A stretch of DNA of 64,000 nt from NCBI GenBank assembly GCA_963845535.1, contig CAWJSK010000014.1, positions 1 through 64,000 on the forward strand, written 5' to 3'. This DNA is from an uncultured Spirochaetota bacterium (lineage in GTDB: Bacteria > Spirochaetota > Spirochaetia > SZUA-6 > Fen-1364). A program made the translations under genes and the position numbers. The notes below the pieces were generated by a model. It made no database searches. It was given only the letters and a program-made list of their open reading frames with translations, and was not told the origin of the DNA. This document shows, in pieces, positions 28,185 to 36,307 of this stretch; within the stretch, counting starts at the first letter, position 1, and every line of letters begins with the position of its first letter.

Positions 28185-31100
28185 GTGACGCCCTTCTTTG
28201 CAATGGCAATATTCGCCTGCGCGGGCTTGCCCATTCCGCTCAGTACCGCAATCTCATTAAAGCCCGCCTCCGACAGCAACTCAGTCAACTCCTCGCATGT
28301 GTAGAATCGAAAGAACCCTGCCTCTTCGAGCTCGAACAGGCTCGCCGCCTCATTCAGCATGTCGCGAGCTCCCCAAACCCCATCGTGATCACTCTCGCTT
28401 CCCGCCTCCCGGCAGTCCTCTCCTTGCGTACGGCGTATGTAGTCCGTGAACATCACAGAAATGTCGCTGTCAGGCCGCATGGAAGAAACCACTAGCGTTC
28501 CGCCAGCCTTTAGCATCGCGTGACATTCTCGCAGAAAATACCCCGGATTTCTCAGATACGAGATAAACAGACTTGCGATCAATTTGCTAAAACGCCCCTT
28601 GCAAAACCCCATTGACAATTCTTTCGTGAAATCCCCAAAATCCAGCCTGTCAAACACCAAGTCACTTGTTCTTAACCCATCGCCTACCACCGCCCTTCCT
28701 CTCCGCTCGGGCTTGATATCGCTTTCCACGATGCGCTCTTTCAGAAACCTCGCGGCCCTGTTCAAATCCATCACCACTAAAAACGTTTCAGGATCCAGGT
28801 CTCTCTTTAACCTTTCAATGTATTCTTTTTCCGCAAACGCCCCGCGCACGACTTCATCAAGTTCTCCTGTCTGCCTAGCCGTGATCGAGTCCAGAATCTT
28901 ACTGGACAGACCCGCCACTCTGTTCCGCAGCGTCTCGGGTCTCCAGGTTTTTGAACCCATTAAGTCGGCTACCGGATTCAGCCGGTTCGGCTCCAAATCT
29001 CTTTGCTCATACTTGAATTGGATCTTTTGCAGGCCGACATTTTCCCGCACAACACAGTCACACTTGCTCTTTGCTTTTTCCAGCGCTTCCTGCACCAGAT
29101 CTACGGCCATTATCTCTTGAATCGATACTCGGCCTTCCTGCGTCGCCACATACCCTAACAACTCTTCCAGCACTATTCCGGTTCCGCACCCGATGTCCGC
29201 GATGACTTCATTATGCCCCAACCCCAGGCAATCTATTTCGATTTTGATGAACCCCGTGAACTCTGGAATGTTGCGGTAGAAATCGTAGCCGACCTTGTTT
29301 CTTTCATTTCCCATGAGGTAGCCGCGCCAGTATTCCTTCAAATCAGGCTCATCTCTGTTCTCCAATCTTTCGCGTTCCGTGGCAAGCATTTTCATTACCT
29401 GTTCTGGTGAAGGTTCTCGTGCTGACAGCTTTTCTCCGTAGAGTTCTTCGTAAATGCTGCTTGTTATCAGCTTGAAGGTACGAATCGCATCAGAGCTGGT
29501 ACGCAGATTATGCCCCGTGGGGATTTCCAGTACGCCACGCCTGCCCCGAGCCTTCACAGACATAAGGTCCTTCACTTCATCACTGTCCACCCACTTGTCA
29601 TGTAAGCCATAGATCCACAGGACGGGAATATCGATCTGCGACATGTCAAGGCGTGCATCTGTCATGAATGCATATTTATTGCTCAGGAGATCGGCGGCCA
29701 TAATGTCCATGTCAATGAGATGGCCCAAGAGTCCAACTGTCCCGTTAGGAATACCAAGGCGGAAATTGCTGATGACGTCCATGCCGCCGAGAATGTTGCG
29801 AAGAGTAGTCTGCGCGCACGGCACTCCCATGCAGCTTATCCAATAGTCTGCGCCGCATGCACTTCCCTGACTGAGGAGTTTCCGTGCTTCGATAGCGGAT
29901 AAGCTGAATGAGACGATTATCACCCTGTCCGCAATGAAATATGGATTTGCGTTCACGTAATTGACAGCAGCCTGCAAGTCACTGAGTCCCTGGCTGAGCC
30001 GATAGGAAAGCATTTCGTAACCTGGCTTGCGCTGCGTCACGGACTGGTGGCTTTCTCCAGGGCGATTTATTCCGTCATACCGCAACGTGACGAGACTTTT
30101 CTCTTGATCCAAGAAGTTTTCGAGCAGTGTTGCCACAAGCGGCGAAAGTGATTCTTTCGTTTTGCCGTAAGCGGAGGGAATTATCACGACAGGGGTTTTT
30201 GCTCCGTGCTTCGTTGCGTTGATTAACCCGCAGATTTCATGTCCGGCACTGTCTTCAAATCTTACCAGAACAGACTCAATCCGCCTTTCAGGTTCGCGAG
30301 CACCATTCTGTCGGGCCACTTTCTGTTCCCATTCCTCTTCTTGGATGCGACGATAGTGTACGGTAGCTCGCGCTATTCCTGCCTCGATGCCAACCTGTGT
30401 CATGAGGCCTCTTGCCGAATGCCGCACCTTCAGGTGACGGATCTGTCCTTCGCTTCCTAGCCCCAATTGCTCGTCGATTTCATAACGGATGCTATTTCCT
30501 TTCTTGAATAGCGCCTGAATTTCGTTGGGCACATGAACTTCGCAAAGAAATCCTCTTCGACTTATATCAAGCAAAGTTCCTTCAATCTTCCGTTCTGATT
30601 CCCCACCTTCGATCATGAGACATACGGTGGACTCCCGCAGCGGCTTTCGCTGGTACGATCTCTTGTTCGACCGAAAAACCGTTGGCGGGAGAGGGAAGGC
30701 TACCAGATCGCCACCCGTGAAGTTGACGTGTGTCTTGAAGTAGTGACTCCCCCCACTCCAAAAGAACGAGAAATATGCCGGCTCCCCGAATTTGACTTTC
30801 TTGACAAGATCCTGGCCCGGTCTGATTGCAAACTGCCGACGTTCTTGATCCAGTTGCTCTATCTCATGTTCAAGTATTGTGAATGAACCATCTACAAGCG
30901 TGCTGAGACGCACGCATCCTTTCTGCAAGCTGTGAAACATTCTATCAATAAGTTCCGGATCGTCTATCTGGTACTCGTGCCCCGTTTCCTTGGCGGAAAG
31001 ATGCTCATGCATGTCGCGCATTGCGCTGCGGTTTGCACATGCTAGTATAAGATTTCTTAGTCTACGTTCTTCTATCTCTTTCATCGTTGACAGTCGCAAA

Positions 31101-31678
31101 CCTGCAGTCAAAGATCCTCTGAAAACGTTATCCATTACATACATAACGGTTCCCGAAAGGATTAGCCTCCTTTCGTCGCCTGGAATGCCAACGCTCAATT
31201 GGAGAGTTTCACCACTTTGCAGATTGTCCACGTAATTTAGCAATAGTCCATCGGCAGAGAGATTCTCAATTGATACCACTCGTACTTTCTGACCTACCTC
31301 TATCACATCTTCGAGGTGGCAGGACGTTCGAGGTAATTTCCTTTCTTCGTTTCGATTGAGCTGACAATCCTCGATAAACTTCTCAATAAGCAACAACTGC
31401 GAATCGTCTTCCGAAAGAAACTCTATTCCCAAGGCCTGCCCTTGCTGACGTTCAGAGCTACAAATAAGCCGGCAGGGCAATAATACCCTTTCGCCGGAAC
31501 CGGGGATCTGAAACGCTATGCTTTGTATCGAATCATACGTTGCTGCCATTTTGACAATGACCCGCATTCCGCTCCTACTGAAGTCTACCGATGTTCCCGG
31601 GATAGTCTCGCTGCCTGAGGCCAGTTCAACAGTGTCACTATGACGGAAGCGAGGGTGTTTCCTTTTCTCCGATACCAT
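28181..31678 (-). CDS. Multidomain protein: 3x PilZ + LuxD-like alpha/beta hydrolase + class I SAM methyltransferase
   Basis: RKHPR..DFSRSG, RKLPR..NLSADG, RSYQR..DISRRG; RYDGINRPGES, SFSLS, HDKWV, GHNL; DIGCGTG..LKAGG. Confidence 0.85.
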   Translation of the reverse strand: MVSEKRKHPRFRHSDTVELASGSETIPGTSVDFSRSGMRVIVKMAATYDSIQSIAFQIPGSGERVLLPCRLICSSERQQGQALGIEFLSEDDSQLLLIEKFIEDCQLNRNEERKLPRTSCHLEDVIEVGQKVRVVSIENLSADGLLLNYVDNLQSGETLQLSVGIPGDERRLILSGTVMYVMDNVFRGSLTAGLRLSTMKEIEERRLRNLILACANRSAMRDMHEHLSAKETGHEYQIDDPELIDRMFHSLQKGCVRLSTLVDGSFTILEHEIEQLDQERRQFAIRPGQDLVKKVKFGEPAYFSFFWSGGSHYFKTHVNFTGGDLVAFPLPPTVFRSNKRSYQRKPLRESTVCLMIEGGESERKIEGTLLDISRRGFLCEVHVPNEIQALFKKGNSIRYEIDEQLGLGSEGQIRHLKVRHSARGLMTQVGIEAGIARATVHYRRIQEEEWEQKVARQNGAREPERRIESVLVRFEDSAGHEICGLINATKHGAKTPVVIIPSAYGKTKESLSPLVATLLENFLDQEKSLVTLRYDGINRPGESHQSVTQRKPGYEMLSYRLSQGLSDLQAAVNYVNANPYFIADRVIIVSFSLSAIEARKLLSQGSACGADYWISCMGVPCAQTTLRNILGGMDVISNFRLGIPNGTVGLLGHLIDMDIMAADLLSNKYAFMTDARLDMSQIDIPVLWIYGLHDKWVDSDEVKDLMSVKARGRRGVLEIPTGHNLRTSSDAIRTFKLITSSIYEELYGEKLSAREPSPEQVMKMLATERERLENRDEPDLKEYWRGYLMGNERNKVGYDFYRNIPEFTGFIKIEIDCLGLGHNEVIADIGCGTGIVLEELLGYVATQEGRVSIQEIMAVDLVQEALEKAKSKCDCVVRENVGLQKIQFKYEQRDLEPNRLNPVADLMGSKTWRPETLRNRVAGLSSKILDSITARQTGELDEVVRGAFAEKEYIERLKRDLDPETFLVVMDLNRAARFLKERIVESDIKPERRGRAVVGDGLRTSDLVFDRLDFGDFTKELSMGFCKGRFSKLIASLFISYLRNPGYFLRECHAMLKAGGTLVVSSMRPDSDISVMFTDYIRRTQGEDCREAGSESDHDGVWGARDMLNEAASLFELEEAGFFRFYTCEELTELLSEAGFNEIAVLSGMGKPAQANIAIAKKGVT

Positions 31679-31681
31679 GCT

Positions 31682-31843
31682 TCATGCTCCCTTTCGTGCC
31701 AGCAGGGCTGGACTCTCCGAAATACCCCCCGCCACGTACCGTAACAAGGCAACAGGCGACGCGAAGCCTTCCTGCAATCGTGCGCGATTGTCGGGTCCCG
31801 GAACTTGAAGAAAGACGCTCTCGATGTGCTCAATAACCTTCAC
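31682..31843 (-). CDS. Small 53-aa ORF (absent from the ORF track)
   Basis: GGAGG-N7-GTG; MKVIEHIESVFLQVPG..RKGA; stop 3 nt before the PilZ gene ATG. Confidence 0.45.
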   Translation of the reverse strand: MKVIEHIESVFLQVPGPDNRARLQEGFASPVALLRYVAGGISESPALLARKGA

Positions 31844-31877
31844 TGCTCATCCTCCATTTGGATCGACCAATCAAATC

Positions 31878-32270
31878 CTACCTAATAAGGCGCGCACGCC
31901 TTCGCATTTCGAAGAGCTCAACAAGTGCGATTTGCTGGCCGACGTTCAGAGAACGGAGCTTGTCCGCGATTTGGTTCGTGCTGGCACTGCCTTCGTTCAA
32001 GGAGCCGTCGAGGACGCTGTCTTCAAAGCTAGCGAGGAACCCGCCTGCGATTCGAAGCGCAGGAGTCCAGTCTGCGTTGGCACTGGTCGTGGCGATGACA
32101 TTCAGCTCTGCCGGGGTGAAAAGGCGCTTGATGGCGCGCTGCTCCGTTTTGCACAGAACGCCGTAGCGGTCCACGATGTCGGCAATACGTCCCGAGAGCT
32201 CTCCAGACCGTGATGGGCCTATGATTGCCTGGATTGACTGTGAAATATAAATAGACCTTTTTTGACCCAT
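31878..32270 (-). CDS. 130-aa hypothetical protein, possibly ribbon-helix-helix DNA-binding
   Basis: GAGGAAAGGA RBS; N-terminal KRSIYIS strand followed by helices (LSGRIADIVDRY). Confidence 0.6.
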   Translation of the reverse strand: MGQKRSIYISQSIQAIIGPSRSGELSGRIADIVDRYGVLCKTEQRAIKRLFTPAELNVIATTSANADWTPALRIAGGFLASFEDSVLDGSLNEGSASTNQIADKLRSLNVGQQIALVELFEMRRRARLIR

Positions 32271-32272
32271 TC

Positions 32273-32392
32273 TCAGTCGTTCCTTTCCTCTCGAGATGTA
32301 GGGCATGGAGCAGGGACGCCGACAAGGCGGACCCGACTGAGATTGATAACGTGAAGGAGCGACATCAGCATCCACCTTCTTCGAGCTGACAT
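32273..32392 (-). CDS. Small 39-aa leader ORF (absent from the ORF track)
   Basis: GAGGGG-N4-ATG; MSARRRWMLMSLLHVINL..EERND; stop 2 nt before the next ATG. Confidence 0.35.
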   Translation of the reverse strand: MSARRRWMLMSLLHVINLSRVRLVGVPAPCPTSREERND

Positions 32393-32446
32393 CGGTCCCC
32401 TCTTTTTCCGGTCAGCAATGGGGTTGTGTGAATGAAGGATCAAGAG

Positions 32447-32477
32447 CAGGGTAGCATATGATATGCTACCCTGTCAA
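32447..32477 (-). promoter_or_regulatory. Sigma70 promoter overlapped by a perfect 27-bp palindrome (candidate operator)
   Basis: CAGGGTAGCATAT-G-ATATGCTACCCTG (32447-32473); minus strand TTGACA-N18-TACCCT with TGn extended -10. Confidence 0.7.
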
Positions 32478-32573
32478 ATTCCAATATTAGAATTACGTCA
32501 TGTTTTGATTTAAATACAACGTTTTGGCGTCGACGAAAGGGTCCGACTTCCGTGATGCGGCTCCGCATATCCG

Positions 32574-33176
32574 TCAGCGGCGCGCTGGCCCCCTGAAGTC
32601 GATTCCTATATAGTATGTTTCCATCGAATCCGACCTGCTCGCCTTTGGCTTGAAAGCCCGGGAGGCGGCAAAAAGGCGGCGCATCCGATCTAGGATCTCC
32701 TTTTCCTCGCCGCCCTGGAAAATCTTCAGGAGGCAGTTCCCTCCCTGGGCAAGAGCTTTCTCGCACGTGCTCAGCACCTGGCGCGCGATCTCCGCGGACC
32801 GGGCCGTGTCCAGCGTCCGATTGCCCGTCGTCGAGGGCGCCGCATCCGAGACGATGCAATCGTACGGTGCGTCCTCCAGCAGCCGGCCGATCACTTCCCC
32901 TTGCGTGAAGTCTCCCTGGATGAAGCGGAAGTTCCGCCGGGAAATGAGCCGCTGGTCAGGCGCCTTCAGGTCAACGCCCGTCACGCTGCCGTTGCCAGCC
33001 AATAGGTCGAGGATGAAGAGGCTCCAGCTTCCCGGCGAGGCGCCCAAATCGAGCACCCGGTTGCCTGGCTTGAGGATCCGATGCTTCTCCTGGATCTCCT
33101 GGAGCTTGAACACGGAGCGAGCCGGGTAGCCTTCCTGCTTCGATTTTTTCCAATAGTAATCAGGTTTTCCCTTCAC
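32574..33176 (-). CDS. rlmE: 23S rRNA Um2552 methyltransferase
   Basis: GYPARSVFKL, LDLGASPGSW, SDAAP, KIFQG, KPKASR..E. Confidence 0.93.
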   Translation of the reverse strand: MKGKPDYYWKKSKQEGYPARSVFKLQEIQEKHRILKPGNRVLDLGASPGSWSLFILDLLAGNGSVTGVDLKAPDQRLISRRNFRFIQGDFTQGEVIGRLLEDAPYDCIVSDAAPSTTGNRTLDTARSAEIARQVLSTCEKALAQGGNCLLKIFQGGEEKEILDRMRRLFAASRAFKPKASRSDSMETYYIGIDFRGPARR

Positions 33177-33327
33177 TGTGAGCTCTTACCGTAGCAGAAG
33201 CGCGGCCCACCGTGCAACGCCACGAGCGTCGTGCGGCCCACTGTGCAACGCCGCGAGCTTGACGCGGCGCGGGTGTCGGCAGTCGCCCCTCATTGACTCG
33301 CTCCCGCCCCCGGCGTACTTTGGACCC

Positions 33328-33963
33328 ATGGCCAGTTTTCTGCGCCGCCCCCTGAGGTACAGTTACTACAACGCAACAATGATCCTCATCGTCGTGAATG
33401 TCCTGGTGTTCCTTTTCTCCTACGTGGACAGGCAGGGAAGGATTGCATACCTGGCTCTCATCCCGGACTACGTCCTTCACCAGGGCTGGTGGTGGCAGGT
33501 CGTCACCTACATGTTCGTTCACAGCGGCTGGGCCCATATCTTTTTCAACATGCTCGCCCTGTTTCTCTTCGGGATCCAGCTCGAAAGACGAATGGGCAGC
33601 GCGGAGTTCCTGGTTTTCTACTTTTTCACGGGCATCGGGGCAGGCCTTGCAACGGTGCTCATCAACGCTTCCTCGGGGATGGGGATGATTCCCGTTGTCG
33701 GCGCCTCGGGGGCCATCTTCGGATTGCTCCTCGCTTTTGCCTCCTTTTTCCCCGACGCGCGGATATTCATTTTCGGGATTCTGCCGCTCCGGGCTCCCGT
33801 GGCCGTCCTTCTCTACGCCGGGATCGAGATTTTTCTTCAGCTCACCAATTTCCAGTCCGGCGTCGCGCACCTGACTCACCTCGCAGGAATTGCGTTCGCA
33901 TACCTGTATATCGTAGTCCGTTTCGGCATCAATCCGATTACCGTCTTCTTCCGCAGGCAATAG
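33328..33963 (+). CDS. Rhomboid intramembrane serine protease
   Basis: WQVVTYMFVH, HIFFNM, GASG, AHLTHLAG. Confidence 0.92.
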   Translation: MASFLRRPLRYSYYNATMILIVVNVLVFLFSYVDRQGRIAYLALIPDYVLHQGWWWQVVTYMFVHSGWAHIFFNMLALFLFGIQLERRMGSAEFLVFYFFTGIGAGLATVLINASSGMGMIPVVGASGAIFGLLLAFASFFPDARIFIFGILPLRAPVAVLLYAGIEIFLQLTNFQSGVAHLTHLAGIAFAYLYIVVRFGINPITVFFRRQ

Positions 33964-33983
33964 CGCCCGATATTCAGAGTGGG

Positions 33984-34649
33984 ATGCGCGCCAACCCTGC
34001 CTGCCTGCTTCTTCTCCTGGCCGCCTTGCCCGCGGGGGCACAGACCGACAATCGCCTCTTTGTCCGACCCTGGGTTGATCTTGAACCCGTGGTGCGCATC
34101 GAGACCGGCGAGTATCCCATCCCTGTTGAAAAAGCGGCGCGTACCGCGCTGGAAGAGGCTCGGGTCCTTCTCTCGGGGATGGTGTACGGCTGGACTTTCG
34201 ACTACACGCCCGCAAACAGCGCGCGCGGAGTTGCGGAAAGCTTCAGCCTCACCCCGATAGCTCAGATTCCGTGGGGAAGCCCGCGGCTTCGCGTCGTGGA
34301 GACGCAGACGGTGGAGCAGAAGTTCTGGGCGCGCGCGTCGTACTCCATGGACGATTCAGAGGCGGCCCGGCGTTCCTCCTGGGAAAGCGGCACCGCCCTC
34401 CTTTCCGAAGGCGAAGGGAAAGCGAACGTGATGAAGGGTCCTGCGGCCAAGAACCTCGCTTTCCAGGATGCCGTGAGAGACGCCATCCGCGTCGCGCTGC
34501 ACGGAACGTACGTGAATGCGCCGCAAAGGATCCGAGGGGACGTCGTTCTCTGGGAGGACCCGCGGTCCGCGGTGCGCTCGGGGATGTACCGGACCACCGC
34601 CACGGTGAAGATCATGGTCCGAGAGGTCGTTCCCTATAGAATTTTCTGA
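33984..34649 (+). CDS. Secreted hypothetical protein
   Basis: Signal-peptide-like N-terminus; LLSGMVYGWTFDYTP. Confidence 0.7.
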   Translation: MRANPACLLLLLAALPAGAQTDNRLFVRPWVDLEPVVRIETGEYPIPVEKAARTALEEARVLLSGMVYGWTFDYTPANSARGVAESFSLTPIAQIPWGSPRLRVVETQTVEQKFWARASYSMDDSEAARRSSWESGTALLSEGEGKANVMKGPAAKNLAFQDAVRDAIRVALHGTYVNAPQRIRGDVVLWEDPRSAVRSGMYRTTATVKIMVREVVPYRIF

Positions 34650-34671
34650 CCCAAAGGACTATCTTCTGTCC

Positions 34672-36258
34672 ATGCGGATCAGATTTGCTTTTCTCCTTCT
34701 CCTGGTGGCGCCGCTCGCCTTTTCTGCAGCCACCGACAAATCCGGACCGCCGCTTCGCGAGCTCGTTGTCGCATACAGCCCGCAGAAGGTGAACCTTGAT
34801 CCGCTTCACACCTACACGTCCATGGAGTCCCAGTTCTTCACGGCCATCTATGAAGGGCTCGTCGTTCCGGACCCCCAGACGCTTGAGCCGACCCCGGGGG
34901 TGGCCTCGAGCTGGGACGTCAGCGCTGACGGAACGGTGTACCACTTCACTCTCCGACCTGACGCCCAGTACTCCAACGGGGACCCGGTTCGCGCGCAGGA
35001 CTTCGTGACTTCCTGGATGCGCATGATCGACCCTGCCCAGAACGCGGAGTATTCGTTTCTCTTCGACGTCATCAAGGGTGCCAAGGATTTCCGCACGGGC
35101 AAGCTGAAGGACCCGTCCAAGGTCGGGATCAAGGCCCTTTCCGACAAGCAGCTTGAGGTGGACCTGGAGAAGCCCGCTCCGCACTTCCTGAAGATGCTCT
35201 CCCACATCAGCTTCCTGCCCATTGACCCGGTCATGCTGAAACAGAAGGACTGGAACGATGGAAGCGCGGTGATTGGCAACGGGCCCTTCACCATCACCTC
35301 CAAGACGGACCAGGAAATACAGCTTGACAAGAACCCCCGTTACTGGGACGTTGCCAACCTCGGCCTTGACCGCATCCGCATCCGTTTCATGGACGATGCG
35401 GGAGAAGCCACGGACGGATATATCACCGGCAAGATCACTTGGTCCACGCTGATTGCCTCGGACCGCCTGGACGCCACGGACCGCCTCCAGGCGTTCCCGA
35501 TGTTCGGGACGACCTACTTCTACTTCGAATGCGACAAGGCGCCGTGGAGCGACTGGCGCGTGCGCCGGGGGCTCGCGCTCCTGGTTCCCTGGGATCAAAT
35601 CCGAACCAGTGACTACGTTTTTCCCTCCCCGCAGCTCGTCCCCACAATCACCGGCTACCCCGAGGTCAAGGGGATCCCGGACCAGCAGGTGGACGAAGGC
35701 AAGAAACTTCTGGCGGAAGCGGGCTTCCCCGGAGGCAAGGGCCTGCCGACGCTCGTATTCAAGGTTGCCAAGGACTCGTACGCCGTGGGGATGGCGCAGA
35801 AGATGGCGGATGCGTGGAAAACGCTTGTCGGGCTGAACGTGGAGATCCGCCAGGTGGATCCGGACCTCTACTTCGCCCAGACCCGCGTACGGGACTACAC
35901 CATCGGCCTTTCGACATGGATCGGGGATTATGCGGACCCTCTCACGTTCCTTCAGCTCTGGACCAGTGACAGCAACCTCAACGACGCCCGGTTTTCCGAC
36001 AAGGACTATGACGCCGCCGTGGCTGAGGCCACCTATATGACGGACAACACCAAACGCTACCGGCGCCTGGCGGACGCTGAAGACGTCCTCCTCACGAAAG
36101 CGGCAGTCCTCCCTCTGTACCACCAGGCGGCCGTGCACCTCATCAACCTGGACCACGTGGATGGATGGTTCCCCAACCCGCTGGACATCCACCCGTTCAA
36201 GTTCATCAAGTTCAAGCCATTCAGGGCCCCCCAGGGGATTGCAATGGTTGTGAAGTAG
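34672..36258 (+). CDS. oppA: Peptide ABC transporter substrate-binding protein
   Basis: LDP, IYEGL, SNGDPVRAQDF, NGPF, WIGDYADP. Confidence 0.9.
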   Translation: MRIRFAFLLLLVAPLAFSAATDKSGPPLRELVVAYSPQKVNLDPLHTYTSMESQFFTAIYEGLVVPDPQTLEPTPGVASSWDVSADGTVYHFTLRPDAQYSNGDPVRAQDFVTSWMRMIDPAQNAEYSFLFDVIKGAKDFRTGKLKDPSKVGIKALSDKQLEVDLEKPAPHFLKMLSHISFLPIDPVMLKQKDWNDGSAVIGNGPFTITSKTDQEIQLDKNPRYWDVANLGLDRIRIRFMDDAGEATDGYITGKITWSTLIASDRLDATDRLQAFPMFGTTYFYFECDKAPWSDWRVRRGLALLVPWDQIRTSDYVFPSPQLVPTITGYPEVKGIPDQQVDEGKKLLAEAGFPGGKGLPTLVFKVAKDSYAVGMAQKMADAWKTLVGLNVEIRQVDPDLYFAQTRVRDYTIGLSTWIGDYADPLTFLQLWTSDSNLNDARFSDKDYDAAVAEATYMTDNTKRYRRLADAEDVLLTKAAVLPLYHQAAVHLINLDHVDGWFPNPLDIHPFKFIKFKPFRAPQGIAMVVK

Positions 36259-36307
36259 AAACCGGATCCCGCCCGGACCGTCGCACAGAAAAGCCGAGGA
36301 GGACGCC

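Noticed and set aside
26787..31678. Bioluminescence (lux) operon
   Set aside because: Only a LuxD-like domain; no luxAB, luxC or luxE recognisable
26476..31678. NRPS/PKS cluster
   Set aside because: No ketosynthase or condensation domain; only a free ACP and ligase
31680..32440. c-di-GMP riboswitch in the operon leader
   Set aside because: No recognisable GEMM-type conserved motif; the gaps are filled by small ORFs (an Infernal/Rfam scan would settle it)
32447..32473. Palindrome resembles the EBV EBNA1 site GGGTAGCATATGCTACCC (vector contamination)
   Set aside because: Single copy with different central spacing, embedded in a bacterial promoter, and no vector sequence nearby
23560..32575. 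att-like repeats at the island borders
   Set aside because: Only an 8-bp inverted match (TGCGGAGC/GCTCCGCA) was seen, expected by chance
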